From Chiloscyllium plagiosum (lineage: Eukaryota): a stretch of 64,000 bases of DNA. This document shows positions 63,760 to 64,000 of this stretch, piece by piece. Each line of letters begins with the position of its first letter. Within the stretch, counting starts at the first letter, position 1. The stretch covers positions 14,809,561-14,873,560 of the forward strand of contig NC_057751.1 of assembly GCF_004010195.1 (NCBI RefSeq). The letters run 5' to 3'. The position numbers and the translations under genes were made by a program. The notes under the pieces are model-generated. The model was not told where the DNA came from and ran no database searches. It was given only the letters and a program-made list of their open reading frames with translations.

Positions 63760-64000
63760 TCATAGAGTCATAGAGATATACAGCATAGAAACAGACCCTT
63801 CCAACCCATCCATACCGACCAGATATCCCAATCCAATCTAGTCCCACCTGCCAGCACCCGGCCCACATCTCTCCAAACCCTTCCTATTCATATACCCATC
63901 CAAATGCCTCTTAAATGTTGCAATTGTACCAGCCTCCACCACATCCTCTGGCAGCTCATTCCATACACGTACCACCCTCTGCATGAAAAAGTTGCCCCTT
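63760..64000 (-). mobile_element. Young CR1/HER1 3' end, running off the window edge
   Basis: Nearly identical to the copies at 22274 and 33901. Confidence 0.88.

Overview
Vertebrate genomic DNA, very probably from a shark (the repeats are elasmobranch HE1-type V-SINEs with (AATCT)n tails and HER1/CR1 LINE 3' ends). The main feature is a complete 12-coding-exon GPAT4 (AGPAT6) gene on the + strand, ATG 304 to TGA 43094. All introns are GT-AG, the phases are consistent, and the CDS is 1368 nt (455 aa plus stop). A terminal coding exon of an unidentified gene lies on the - strand (52905-53506), convergent with GPAT4. The rest is repeat-rich: many SINEs (several nested), CR1 fragments, a Rex/Babar fragment, a decayed Penelope-like element (RT + GIY-YIG) with inverted termini, several short Penelope-tail insertions carrying hammerhead-ribozyme motifs and target-site duplications, a Gypsy remnant whose RNase H runs straight into the PPT and LTR, SINE-derived 52-bp minisatellites and a ~4-kb 45-bp intronic VNTR. 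There are seven N-gaps (13931-14616, 26840-27169, 29590-29729, 36378-37209, 40106-40365, 47917-48383, 56269-56768). Repeat family names come from recalled motifs, not database searches, and repeat boundaries are approximate.
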